Assembly (NCBI RefSeq): GCF_028641065.1
Contig: NC_073387.1
Location: 28,706,001 to 28,770,000, forward strand
From: Leucoraja erinacea
Lineage: Eukaryota
Length of the DNA stretch: 64,000 nt
Direction: 5' to 3'
Below, piece after piece: positions 49,480 to 61,835 of this stretch (position 1 is its first letter; every line of letters begins with the position of its first letter). The notes under the pieces are model-generated. The model worked only from the letters and a program-made list of their open reading frames with translations. It made no database searches and was not told the origin of the DNA. The translations under genes were made by a program, and so were the position numbers.

Positions 49480-49750
49480 AGTGTGAAGGGAAATAATTAA
49501 AAGGGTCCTGAGGGGTAACTTCTTCACACAGAAGATGGTTCATATATGGAACAAGCTGACAGAGAAAGTGGTTGAAGCAGGTACAATAACAACATTTTAA
49601 AAACATTTGGTCAGATACATGATAGGAAAGGTTTAGTGGGACATGGACCAAACTTGGGCAAATGGCACTCGCTTAGATGAGGCATCATGGTTGGCATGAA
49701 TGAGCTGTGCACAGAAGGGCCTGTTTCAATGCTGTATTACTCCATGACTG
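49480..49750 (+). mobile_element. CR1 3' fragment
   Basis: aggggtaacttcttcacacaga...gggcctgtttcaatgctgta. Confidence 0.75.
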
Positions 49751-51329
49751 TGGTTATGAATCCACACTGTTGATGACACAATAATAAAATTGCAAGTTCA
49801 ATCTTTCAAGAGTAAAGGACAGAAAAATGTGCTGGAAATGGAATAACAGTGCTAGGTCCTGCAGAGGCAGAACATTGTTGCTTCGGAATCAGACCTGTTT
49901 GCGAATGCTTTTAATGTGCATCTTATGTTGAAGTAACTTTGCACCAGCTCTCATATTTGTGTATTTAACATCCTTTGGGAAATTGGCTAGGGCGCTACTA
50001 TTCCCTTTATTGTGGCCGACATTCACTCAACATTAATTGTCAGCTAGCTGTGAGAACTCATAAATGTACATTTCCTCCACAGCCAGCAGAAATTGCAGCC
50101 AACCTATTGATGTGCCTTGTAAAAAATGCCAACTGTCATTGGGGACAATACAGCTATTTAGGGTCACTTTGATGTGCAGCATACCGTCCCACCCACCCCG
50201 TAGGCCATGCTTTGCAATCAACAGCTTTATGTCAGATATTCACTGGAGGTTTCATTCACAAGGACAGCCTTTTGTTTTCAGGAAACGTTGCTGAGCTGCA
50301 TGATGTGATCAGTGACCTTCAGCCCAGTTTGGCTTGGGCCTTTTAAAGGAGTTTGGATTGGTCCAGTTAGTCATATAAGGGAGATCCAGATGGGCTGGAA
50401 ATTGCCTTACCTCCTCCCTCTCCTCAGTGGAAGTCTTTGACTGGGTCAGCAGTGAACTCTTCATTAAGGTCCCAAAGGAAACCACTCTTCAATGCATGCG
50501 TTGGTGTGTAAAATGCCACAGAATTACTTTTCATATATTTTTGCTTAATTTGGCATGTATTTTCAAGAAAATGGACTGAGCATTCATACTTAGTTTGCAC
50601 TTGTTTAGTGCACTTTTTCTGGACATGCAAGGATCTTGCTGTCGTGTGTTTTTGATGAATATTTATTGCAGTTCATTAAAGTTCTGCCAACTCATGCAAT
50701 ACATAATGTTCTTATTCAATGCTTGGCGATTAATCAAGTAATTATGCTGCTCTATCCTCATCACACAGTGAACGTGTTCTGTATCAAATGTCTGAATAAT
50801 GCAACAATTCCATGAAAATAGATCCAATGAACATAGTTTAATACAGAAATTGATTGTGTAGTGCTTTTTGTTGCTAAGTAATTTAAAGTTGCTTTTGCTT
50901 TTAATAAATTGCATGAGTGAACATTTCTGGTGAAACTAGCAAGAAAACGATGTGCTTGATGAATTCAACTGTCAGCCAGCATCTGTGGAGAAAATTGTAC
51001 AGTATTTGTTTCCCGTTATCTGCCCTTTCCCTTCATAGATGATGCCTGACCTGCTGCGTTCCTCCAGCAGTTTATTTCTTGTTCAAGATTCCAGCATCTA
51101 CAGTCTTTGTGTCTTTATTTCTCGTGAAATTATGTCAAATGTGAAACTGGACAGATAACTTCCTATTACAATCTACACTGGAATGCTTGATATATTCCTG
51201 GCATAAGGCTCACAGCAAATCAATGCACTGTGTAAAAGTCAGCTCTCTCCCACATACATTAAAATACTAAGCTCTAGAAAATTACCTCCCTTAAAAAAAT
51301 CTAACCTTTGCACAGATCAAACTGCACCC

Positions 51330-51750
51330 CCTCCACACACACCTGGATCTCCTGCCATCAGGCAAGAGATACCGTAACATCAAAGCCCGGACGACCAGAC
51401 TGCTAAACAGCAAAGACCTTATCCGCTATAAGATCTTTGCTAAACAGCTTCCTGCCACAGGCTGTGAGGCTGCTAAACAGTCACTCTGTACTCAGTCACC
51501 TGATTCTGCGGCTTTACACTGACATTTTAATAAGTCTGGCACTGGCCACTAAAGTCAGCTGCCCTGGACATTTTAATGATTGTTTTTACTGTATTTTAAT
51601 GTTGCTGTTTTACCCGCTTTTAAATATTTATACTGTTCCATCAGGGACTGGATTGTTTTTACTGTTATTATGTGTGAAATGTTTTAAGTTTCATGTGCGA
51701 TGCTCTGGTATTCCCTGTCTTCTCACGGTATTCCCTGGGACAATAAAGGT
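51330..51750 (+). mobile_element. Rex1-like 3' end containing a 29-bp mini transposon
   Basis: LLPSGKRYRNIKARTTRLLNSFLPQAVRLLNS once the insert is removed; ends gggacaataaag. Confidence 0.7.
51411..51439. mobile_element. 29-bp TIR remnant with 8-bp TSD
   Basis: CAAAGACCTTAT...ATAAGATCTTTG flanked by CTAAACAG on both sides. Confidence 0.7.
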
Positions 51751-52139
51751 TGATAAAGGGTGCTTTGCTCAGAGAATCTTCATTTTGCAGGTGCAAACAG
51801 TAATTGAAAGCTTGAATGCATTGGAAGGTTAAACTCCAGCAGTGAGGCTCCAGAGAGGTACTTAACATATGCTGGAGTGCAAGATAGCACACCAGTGGTT
51901 GGAGTCTTGCCTGACACAAGGGAAGATGGTTCTGGGTGTCAATGGTTAATCTTTCCAGCCCCAGAACATTACTGCCGGAGTTTCTCAGGAAAGTGCCCTT
52001 GCCCCAGTCATGTTCAGCATCTTCTTGAATGAGTTTCCTCAGCTCTCCCAGATGATTAAGGCCACTGACAATTATGATTGTTTGGTATCATCATCCTAAT
52101 TTACCAAAATAGGCAATGATTACTGGTCATAATTGCTAC

Positions 52140-53385
52140 AGGCCTGTCACACTGACCTCTGTAGTCATGAAGACCCTTGTGCTGGGCTTGGTGTTGGCCA
52201 AGCTGAAAAATATCACAAATCTGTGTATGACACAGTCAACCTGGGCCTGCAATTCATCTTCCAGCACCTAGACCGCCAGGGGACCTATGCGAGGATTTTG
52301 TTTGTTGATTTTAGCTCTGCATTCAACACCATTGTGCCAGAGCTACTATACTACAAACTCTCCGAGTTGACTGTGCCTGAACCCCACTGTCCATTGATCA
52401 CCAGCTTCCTGACAGGCAGGAAGCAGCATATGAGGCTGGGAAAGCATATCTCAGATCCGCAGACCCTCAGCATAGGAGCACTCTCCCTTCCCTCTACTCT
52501 CTCTGCACCAATTACTGCACCTCCACTGATTCCTCTGTCAAGCTTCTCAAGTTTGCGGACAACGTAACCCTGATTGGACTGATCCAGGATGGGGAGAAAT
52601 CTGCCTACAGACTGGAAGTGACACAGCTGGCATCCTGGTGCTATCGCAACAACCTGAAGCTCAATGCTCTTAAAACATCTCATACTCCCCTCACCCCACT
52701 CACCATCAACAACACCACAGTCACATCTGTGGAATCTTTTAAGGTCCCAGGAACCATCATCTCCAAGGACCATAAATGGGGGGCCACCATTGACTCCAGT
52801 GTCATAAAGGCATAACAGAGGATGTGCTTCCTGTGGCAGCTGAGGAAGCGCAATCTGCCACAGGCAATGATGGTCCAATTCTATACGGCCATCGTAGAGT
52901 CTGTCCTCACATACTCCATCATGGTGTGGTTTGGCTCAGCCACCAAGCACGACATCCGAAGGCTGCAGCGAATCGTCCGATCAGCTGAGAAGGTTATTGG
53001 CTGCAACCTTCCCTCTATTGACAAACTGTACACTGCAAGGGCCAGGAATTGAGAGGGTAAGATCATCTCTGACCCCTCTCACCCTGGCCACAAACTCTTT
53101 GAATCACTTCCCCCTGGAAGGTGACTCCGGACTGTCAAAGCTGCCACAGCCATTCATAAAAACAGCTTTTTTTCCACGAGTAGTAGCTCTACTCAATAAC
53201 CAAAAATCTGTAGCCTCCTTTTGCTCTGGTATTTCATGGAATTCCTATGTTTAATCGATAATGTTTTATTATTGATGTTTAATGTTTCATGTGTCATTCC
53301 TAACTGTCACTGCGTGTCATGCTGTTACCTGCGGGCAAATTCCTAGTGTGTGAGTATACTTGGCCAATAAGCTTATTCATTCATT
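52140..53385 (+). mobile_element. Rex1/Babar-like LINE, 5'-truncated and decayed
   Basis: HLDRQGTYARILFVDFSSAFNTI, KFAD, FYTAIVESVLT, LQRIVRSAEKVIG; (TTCA)n tail. Confidence 0.9.
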
Positions 53386-53944
53386 CTGCTGAGCATAGGA
53401 GGCAGAAAGGGTTTTGTGAAATAGAGATGCTTATCCAGGTAGTCTGCTAAATAATCTTTGCAAACAAAATAAGTATGCCTCTTTAAACTCCAATCAGTAC
53501 TACCACATGGAATGTTAATAATCTATTGCAAGAGCCTGGTTGATATGTAAGTTCCCATCACGTTTGCTTTGCTGGATCAGCTGCACTGATTACAGCACAT
53601 CACTGAATGAATCCTTAAATCGTTTCAAGTTGCACAAAGAGGAAGAATTAATATAATATCAACAGCAGAAAGATTCAGCACACAACATCCGTATGTGATT
53701 AATGTAGTGTCATGTTATTTCACTAAATGCAAGGATATTTAATATATCCATGGCCCAATTTCAAAACAATTGTTTCAAATGCTTATAGATAAGGTGTAAA
53801 ATATTCAACTGTTAATAAAGATGGAGTATTGCCGAATGATCAGTTAACATTAGTAAATGATATTGCAATTCTAGTTAAGGGGTCATAGAGTCACATAGCA
53901 TGGAGTCACATACCCACGTTGCCAATCATGCACCCTATTCATAA

Positions 53945-54497
53945 GGTCATAAGGTTATAAGGTCATAAGGAATAGGAATTGAATTGGACCATTCGGCCCA
54001 TCAAGTCTACTCCGCCATTCAAACATGGCTGATCTATCTCTCCGTCCTAACCCCATTATCCTGCCTTCTCCCCACCTGACACCTGTACTAATCAAGAATC
54101 TATCTCTATCTGCCTTAAAAATATTCACTGACGACCTCTACAGCCTGTGGCGAAGAATTCCACAGAATCCCCATTCTCTGACCAAATTAATTTCTCCTCA
54201 TCTCCTTCCTAAAAGAATGTCCTTTAATTCTGAGGTTATGACCTCTAGTTCTAGACACCCCCACTGATGGAAACATCCCCTCCACATCCACACTATCCAA
54301 ACCTTTCACTATTCTGTATGTTTCTGTGAGGTTCCCCCCCCCCCCCCCCCCTTAATTTTCTAAACTCCAGTGAGTACAAGCCCAGTGCTGACAAATGCTC
54401 ATTATAGGTTAACCTACTAATTCCTGGGATCAATCTTGTAAACCTCCTCTGGACCATCTCCAGAGCCAGCACATCCTTCCTCAGATATGGTGCCCAA
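53945..54497 (-). mobile_element. CR1 3' fragment
   Basis: Reverse complement of the CR1 3' end type seen at 21125-21485. Confidence 0.85.
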
Positions 54498-54518
54498 TAT
54501 TATATTAATATATAATCA

Positions 54519-54596
54519 TATTATATTATATTATATTATATTATATTATATTATATTATATTATATTATATTATATTATATTATATTATATTATAT
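54519..54596. repeat. (TATTA)n microsatellite, left flank of Gypsy
   Basis: Directly visible. Confidence 0.95.
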
Positions 54597-57500
54597 TGCA
54601 GTGCGACAATTCCGAAATGAAGGCGAGGAGCCAGGTGCTTCGGGAGGTATTTTCACTAGGGGTCCTTCTCCTTACCAGAAGAGCCTGCTAAAGGAAGATG
54701 GCACCTAAACCCCTGCCCTTTATCCCTCTAGCTAAGGGCCGCCTCCGAACTCATCCATTCCCGTGCCGAGGGGTTTGATAGTGGGAATGGCCCACCCTTG
54801 GGAGCCGCGACAGGATCCCCCCCACCCAGAACCAGAGGCACGAAATGCACCGGCGGGCGTACAACCCGACCAAACCGCGTACAGAAGTCGGCCAACCGAG
54901 GGGCTGGTGGAGACACAGGTGGAGGGACAGGCAGAAGGACAGGTGGAGTGACATGCGGAGGGAGCCGCGAAGGGGGGCGAGTTTGCTACCGAGTCTGGGC
55001 AAACAGCACCGGCTGGTCAATGTCCAAATGTGCCGGTTTTAACCAGTCAATCGACACGGCCTCCGGCCGGCCCCCCATGTCCGACTCAAAGGTCATCTGT
55101 CCGTGCTCCAGCATGTGGAACGGGCCCTCATACGGCCTCTGGGGTGGTGTCCGGTGGGCATTAGGGCACAGGAAAATGTAGGGGTATCCCGGAGGGCCGA
55201 TGGCACGTGCGGGCGAAATGTCCCATGGCGGGACGTCGGCATTGGCGCATGCCTGCCAACTCGCTCATGAAGGAGCTGTAGAGTGGATGCGGGCAGTCCC
55301 TGCTGCCCCGACGCCGACGGCACACACTACCAGAGCACCGTGAGTGGTGATCCGTAAACGAGCTCCGCTGAGGATGAAGCCAAATCCTCCTTAGGAGCAG
55401 TTTGGGTGCCCAGCAAGACCCACAGCAGTTCGTGCATCTAGTCCGGCCAGAGAGTCGTGCCTTCAGCGCCGTGTCGAGCTGCCGGTCGAACCTCTCCACC
55501 AGGCTGTTTGTTTGCAGATGATAGGCTGTGGTGTGGTGCAGCCGCACACCCAACAAGTGAGCCATGCGCAACTACAGCTCGGAGGTGAAATGTGGCCCCC
55601 GGTCCGAGGAGATGTCCACCGGCACCCCAAAATGAGCAATCCAGCGCGCGGACAATGCACGAGCGCACGTAGCCGTTGATGTTTCGGCCAGCAGTCTGGC
55701 CTCCGGCCACCGCATGATGCGGTCCACCAACCTGAGGAGGTGGGCGATGCCCCGGGACGGCGGGAGAGGCCCCACAATGTCCACATGGAGATGGTCGAAA
55801 CGCCGGCGAGGTAGACTGAACTCCTGGAGGGGCGCCCGGACATGGCGCTGGAATTTTGCCGTTTGGCACGGAATGCGGATGCGGGCCCAGTGGCCATCCT
55901 GCTTGCGTAGACCGTGCCACATGAAATGAGCGGCCACTAGTGCCGTCGTCGCCTGGATGGATGGGTGAGCCAGCCTGTGGATAATGTTGAAAACCCTCTG
56001 GCTTACGGTGATAAAACGCCACCATCCCGACAAACTCCTGCAGGCCGCGCACAGTGTATGGACGGGGAAATCTACAGATGGCGTCGACCATGTCCGGCAG
56101 GGGAACCGCGCTTTGCGAAGTCACGCGGTGGCGGAGGAAGTCGATGGTGGTCATCCCAAAACGGTACTAGCGAGGTTGACAGCCAAGCCATGCTCACTGA
56201 GCCGATGACAGAGCTGCCAGAGGTGGGCACAGTGCTCCTGCCCCGAGACAAAAACAAACTCGAGGCCGCATCACCTCGTCCACCAACTGTGCCTGCGCAG
56301 CGTTCTTATGGCCGAACAGCATCCGCACAAACTCGTACAGCCCGAACGGCGTGATGATTGTCGTCTTGGGTACATCCTTCGGGTGGACCGGGATCTGGTT
56401 ATATCCCCGTACCAGATCCACTTTGGAGAAAATAGTAGCCCCGGCCAAATGGGCATTGAAGTCCTGGATGTGGGGTACGGGGTATCGGTCTGCGGTGGTT
56501 GCGGCATTCAGTCGCTGATAATCACCGCAAGGTTGCCAGCCCCTGCTTGCCTTAGGGACCATGTGGAGTGGGGTCACCCATGGGCGGTTTGAAGGGTGGA
56601 TGATCCACAAGGACTCCATCGTTCGGAACTCCTGCCATGCCAGACGTAGCTCATACGGCGGCAGTCGGCGTGCTCGTGCATGGAGAGGTGGGCCGGTAGT
56701 CGGTATGAAATGAACCACCCTGTGCCTGGGGGTCGATGACCGAAACTGTGGGGTCAGGATGTCAGGGAACGTGGCAAAGGCCCGAGCAAAGCAGGAATCC
56801 ACGGACGACAGGGGGCGTCCAACCGGCTCATCCAATCACAGTGTGATCGGCTCCATTGTGGCGGCGTGGACCAAGCGCTGACGCCTGATGTCCACCAGAA
56901 GGAAATGAGCCCGGAGGAAGTTGGTACCGAGCAACGGCTGGGAGACATCAGCGATAGTAAAACTCCACGAGATATTTCAGGAGCCGAACACGATCAGGAC
57001 CCTGCGAAGCCCATATGTGCGAATGGGTTGTGACAGGCCCCCCGCTTACTGGAACGAATGTCTGCCAGCGAAGAAGGCAGGACGCTCAGCTCTGCCCCGG
57101 TATCCATGAGGAAGCAGCTCCCGGAGCGTCGATCCCAGGCGAAGAGGCGGTGAAATAGCTGGCCGCCGCGGGGACTATTGGCAGCCGGCCCTGGCATTTC
57201 CTGGGAACGTGCATGGCTGACGGCATTGCCATGCTGCAGCACCCCAGCGCTAGTGGTAATAGCACCAGCACCTCCTGCTGGTGGCGCTTGGAGCCTGTTG
57301 GTGCTGGACTGCAGGTGCAGTACCTGCCATGGCCGCGGGGGGGTGATCGTACAGGCCTCTGGGATGCAGCTGTCACTCCTTCCACAGCTCCCCCGCCCCA
57401 CCGGAAGAAATCGGGCGCTGCCGGAGTGACGTCATCCTGGCGTGCTGTCCTCAGCACATCAGCGCACCTGCCGACGGCAAGTGCATTGACGTCATCTGGG

Positions 57501-57790
57501 CGCGCCATCCAAGGGCCCTGATGTCGGCGAAGGAGGCGTTGTTGAGTTGTAGGCGGATGTAGGCCGGCAGCAGATGGAGGTAGGTGTACTCGAACATTAG
57601 GCATGTGCCCATCCAGGAGCGCGACCATCTCGTTTAGGAAGCTAAATGGCCGCCGGTCGCCTAGGCCCTCCATATGAATGAGCCTGGCAGCACACTCCAT
57701 CCCTCTAGCCAAGGGCCGCCTCCGGACTCATCCATTCCCGTGCCGGGGGGTTTGATAGTGGGAATGGCCCGACCCTTGGGAGCCGCCACA
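54597..57790 (-). mobile_element. Decayed Ty3/Gypsy LTR retrotransposon
   Basis: 3' LTR 54597-54812 (TG..CA) preceded by a polypurine tract; partial 5' LTR ~57700-57790; ATAT TSD; gag (LGDRRP), protease (FLMDTGAELSVLP), RT (DYQRLN, FSKVDLVRGYNQIP), integrase (HVDIVGPLP, SDRGPHFTSEL); RNase H region apparently deleted. Confidence 0.95.
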
Positions 57791-57855
57791 ATATTATATT
57801 ATATTATATTATATTATATTATATTATATTATATTATATTATATTATATTATATT
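57791..57855. repeat. (ATATT)n microsatellite, right flank of Gypsy
   Basis: Directly visible. Confidence 0.95.
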
Positions 57856-59394
57856 AATCCTGTAATAAACTCATTTTATTCTCCCCATTTTGACATCAAA
57901 CCGAGGCTTTGCCCATTAGGGCAATTCACAATACCAATTAATCTACACAATGTGCACATTTTTATGAAGTAGGAGGAAATTAGAGCATGCAACATAAATC
58001 TACATGGTCGCAAGGAGAAAGTGCAAACTCGATACAGATAGCACCCTGAGTCAGAATTAAACTTGGACCAATCTTCCTATGAGGCAGTGTTTTTTTGTCT
58101 TAGTTTTGTTGGGTTTTTTTATTTTTAATTATGCTTCATTATTGCCATTTTCAATTTTGCACACTTCTGGTTTGCCTGAATTTCCAAACACTGACTTATT
58201 TCTTCAAATCAATATTCTACCCACCTTCTCAGTAATATCAATATTTGAATAATTCAAACCCACACCTCTATCTGTAAAACGTATTGCTATGAATCTATGG
58301 ATAATTCAATTTTTCTAAAATGTATAGAGTTTTTTTTATGTCTGGTAATTCTTGGTCCACAATATTCATGGAAATTATATTTTAAAAATCCATTTCCATG
58401 ATTACTTTATGCAGCTAACCAATACAAAGGAAATACAGTACTATTCGGAACATTTTTTGCGATCTACTTGCACAGTCAAACTCTCTATTTATGGGAAAAA
58501 TATATAAGTAGCAAAGGCCAAGAGGCTGAGGCACGGTAAATTGAACATGTAATTTCATTGTATTTATAAGTGATCTTTCAGAATTATTAAAGAATCCTGT
58601 CACATTTCATAAACCTAATTTCTCCAAACTCAACCTAAGGTCGTAGTCTGATAACCAGCTTAAATGTAGAACAGCTCAGTATTGACAGTACTTTTCAAAA
58701 TAAAAACTTCACTTTTAACATTTGGCTAACATGAAGGAGCTTAAAGATCCATTTTTGTAAATCAAATTTTAATTCACACGTCCTGTTTAATATGTAGAGG
58801 TCAATAATAAAGATAATTCTCACTGAATTGAGAAAACATTGGAAATAACCAAGAATAATCCTTGCACATATTAATTGAAAATGGGGAATTGTTATTTATT
58901 ATGTGATTAAAAAATTCCAATCACACAAATGTAAGATGCTGCAATTTTCAGCCAATTAATTTCAGCTGTGAAATAGGATAGATAATACCAGTAGGAGGAG
59001 CCATTTTACATGTCAAGTCACTTTGCGAACCTAGCCAATTCAGATCTAGTTGAGGTCTGTATAATTATTTTGAAAGATTTAATAGGTGGCTGCTATTATA
59101 TTAGATTTGTGGTACCAAATATTAAACATGGTGCCAGATTAGTTAAATAATTTGATAGTTAGAGGCTTCAAGGATGAGTGGCTCAGAGGAAACCTATTTT
59201 TTCACTAGTGATCTATTTGGAGCATGCGACACATTCCAAGTCATTATTTGTAATATTCAGCAGATTCAGCTTCATAGTTATACATTTCTTGAACATGCAA
59301 CTTCTCTTTGCGCTGTCTCTGTAACAAGAGACATGGATATTTCCACTACCTTTAACATGATCCCACCACCAGTCTCATCTTCCTGTACCCTACC

Positions 59395-60650
59395 CTTTTC
59401 CTTTTCCAACCTCGTCTATTGCATTTGGTGCTCCCAACATGGCAAAATCAATTTTAGCTTAGTCATAGAGTAATACATTGTGGAACCAGGCCCTTTGGCC
59501 CAACTAGCCCACACTGGCCAACATTGTCCCAACTACCCTAGCCCCACTTTCCTGTGCTTGGTCCATTACCCTCCAAACCTGTCCTATTCATGTACCTGTC
59601 CAACTGTTTCTTAAACAATGGGATAGTCCCAGCCTCAACTACCTCCTCTGGTAGCTTGTTCCATAAATGCACCACCCTCTGTGTGAAAAAGTTACCCCTC
59701 GGATTCATATTAAATCTTTTCCCCTTCACCTTGAACCTATGTCCTCTGGTCCTCGAATCCCCTACTCTGGGTAAAAGGCTGTGCGTCTACCCGATCTATT
59801 CCTCTCATGATTTTGTATACCTCTATAAGATCTCCCCTCATCCTCCTATACTCCGTGGAATAGAGACCCAGCCTACTTAACCTCTCCCTATAAGTTCACT
59901 ACCTCTAGTCCTGGCAACATCCTCGCAAATCTTTTCTGAACCCTTTCAAGGTTGATAATATATTTTCTATAACATGGTACTCAGAACTGAACACAATATT
60001 CTAAATGTGGCGTCACCAACGTCTTATACAACTGCAACAAGACCTCCCAACTTATATACTCGATACCCTGACCGATGAAGGTCAAAGTGCCAAAAGTATG
60101 TTTGACCACCTTATCTATCTGCGACTCGACCTTGATGAAACCATGCACTTTACTCCTAGCTTATCCAAATGTTTTGCCAAACACTTGCACACTGTCTATC
60201 AAAGACTCCTGGAGCTCCCCGTTGTGAACCATTTTAACTCCTCTTCCCATTCCCATATGAATCTTACTGCCTTTGGAATCCTCCATTGCCTGATTGAGGC
60301 CACATGCGAACTAGGTGAATGGCACCTCATATTCTGCCTGGGAAGTTTACATTCCAACATTGAACATTGATTTCAATTAATACCCTCCTACTCCACCTCT
60401 TTCCCCTGCACCACCTTGGTGTGCATACATTTCTCCCACCATCTTGAATCACCTGAGTCACCCTGCTCCTTTCCCCTCCTCCATATGCTCATCTCCAATG
60501 CCTAAGTCCTGTTTTTTCCTTTAACCTCAGCTCTTGCAAATTTCCCCTGTCCACTTCTATCTATATCCCTTCCTCTAGCTTTACATTTATTTCATTTCTC
60601 CTCCTCTTTCCTTATCTGGCACCCTTTGATCCCCTTTTCACCTCTAGCCT
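59395..60650 (+). mobile_element. Penelope GIY-YIG endonuclease fragment split by a CR1 insertion
   Basis: SNLVYCIWCSQ (~59405) and FAKHLHTV...LPVVNHFNSSSHSH...HLIFCLGSL (60170-60350). Confidence 0.75.
59460..60150 (-). mobile_element. CR1 3' fragment
   Basis: RGNFFTQRVVHLWNKLPEEVVEAGTIPLFKKQLDRYM. Confidence 0.9.
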
Positions 60651-61690
60651 TTGATACTATCAGTTGCCAGGCTTTGCCCCACCTTAGACTTGGAAAAAGT
60701 GAGTGGAGTTAAAGAAGTTGTGCCATTCGAGAATAAAGGTAACCTGGTAAAGGAGGGTAATGATGGAGAATAACACATAGAGCTTGTAATTAAAGGAAGA
60801 AAGGAAGAAGCATTGTGTGGTGGGATTAAGGTGTAGCAGGACTGGATGTTCATGGCAAAGGTGACCTAGTTTAGAACAGTTGGGAACTACCAAAGTAGGA
60901 GATGATACCAGGAGTGTCATGGCCACTATGGGGGGGAAAGAAAAAAGTCAAGGTAGGAAAAAATAGGCGTTGTGGGGAAAGAGATTACCAAATCAATAGG
61001 TCACCAAGACAGTCCAGATAATAGTAGGTGTGTGTGATTGAGTTAGCTTGAAGCTGGTGGCATTGGTGTTGAGTGCTACAGTGGGTATGGACTTCCCATC
61101 ATCAATATGTCACAATGTAGCCAGAGTTTAAAGGGAAAAACGGAAATCATTCCATCACGCAAACCAACATCTCAAAAATCAAAGGCCCCTGGAAACCAAA
61201 CAAATCAGCAACTTCTGAAGAGTTAATACATTGCAATCTTTTTCCTCTTTTCATCACCTTATCATGAACACTCTTTGGTTCATGGTATTCTTTATTACGT
61301 GGGCAACAAACCATGTACAGACATGTAATAAATATTGGGCTGATCAGCATTAATGGAAGTGAAAAACCTCAACACGTTGTTAGTTTTCTCTTCCTGCTGC
61401 CCCACTTGAGATTAGTTACCTCACTGCAAACTGCTGAGTCATTTGTACAGCCTTTATTTTGCCATTTTTTTTTACAATCTTTGTCAAAGCCTCTTAATCA
61501 TTATGACAATTTGCCACAACTGATGTAGGTGACCTGGGGCGGAGGTGGACAATCTTGGTGACCAAGCCTATATTATAATTACCAAGTTCCCAAGGATTCA
61601 GCTCAGGTCAGGGATAAAGAGAAAATCTTATCCCACTGAAAATTGTTTACCACCACAGCAGACACTGGGCAATTTTTGATTAATTACTCT

Positions 61691-61835
61691 TCTTCTTCTT
61701 CTTCTTGCGTATGGCGTGCACAGCCTAAAATTGTCGGACAACTTGTTCTATTTGATCTTATTTAAATGTGCACGCCGGGTTGATTGCATTTGTCAAAACA
61801 GGGCGGACCACGTGAAGGTTGCAATCTCCCACCCC
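61691..61835 (-). mobile_element. Complete ~145-bp Ingi/Vingi-like non-autonomous retroposon
   Basis: 12-bp TSD ATTAATTACTCT (61679-61690) / ATTCATTACTCT (61836-61847); 3' end CCATACGC(AAG)n. Confidence 0.8.
61782..61835 (-). ncRNA. Minimal HDV-like self-cleaving ribozyme (predicted)
   Basis: P1 GGGGUGG/CCGCCCU, P2 GAUUGCA/UGCAAUC, P3 ACC/GGU, L3 UUCACGU, J4/2 CAAA. Confidence 0.75.
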
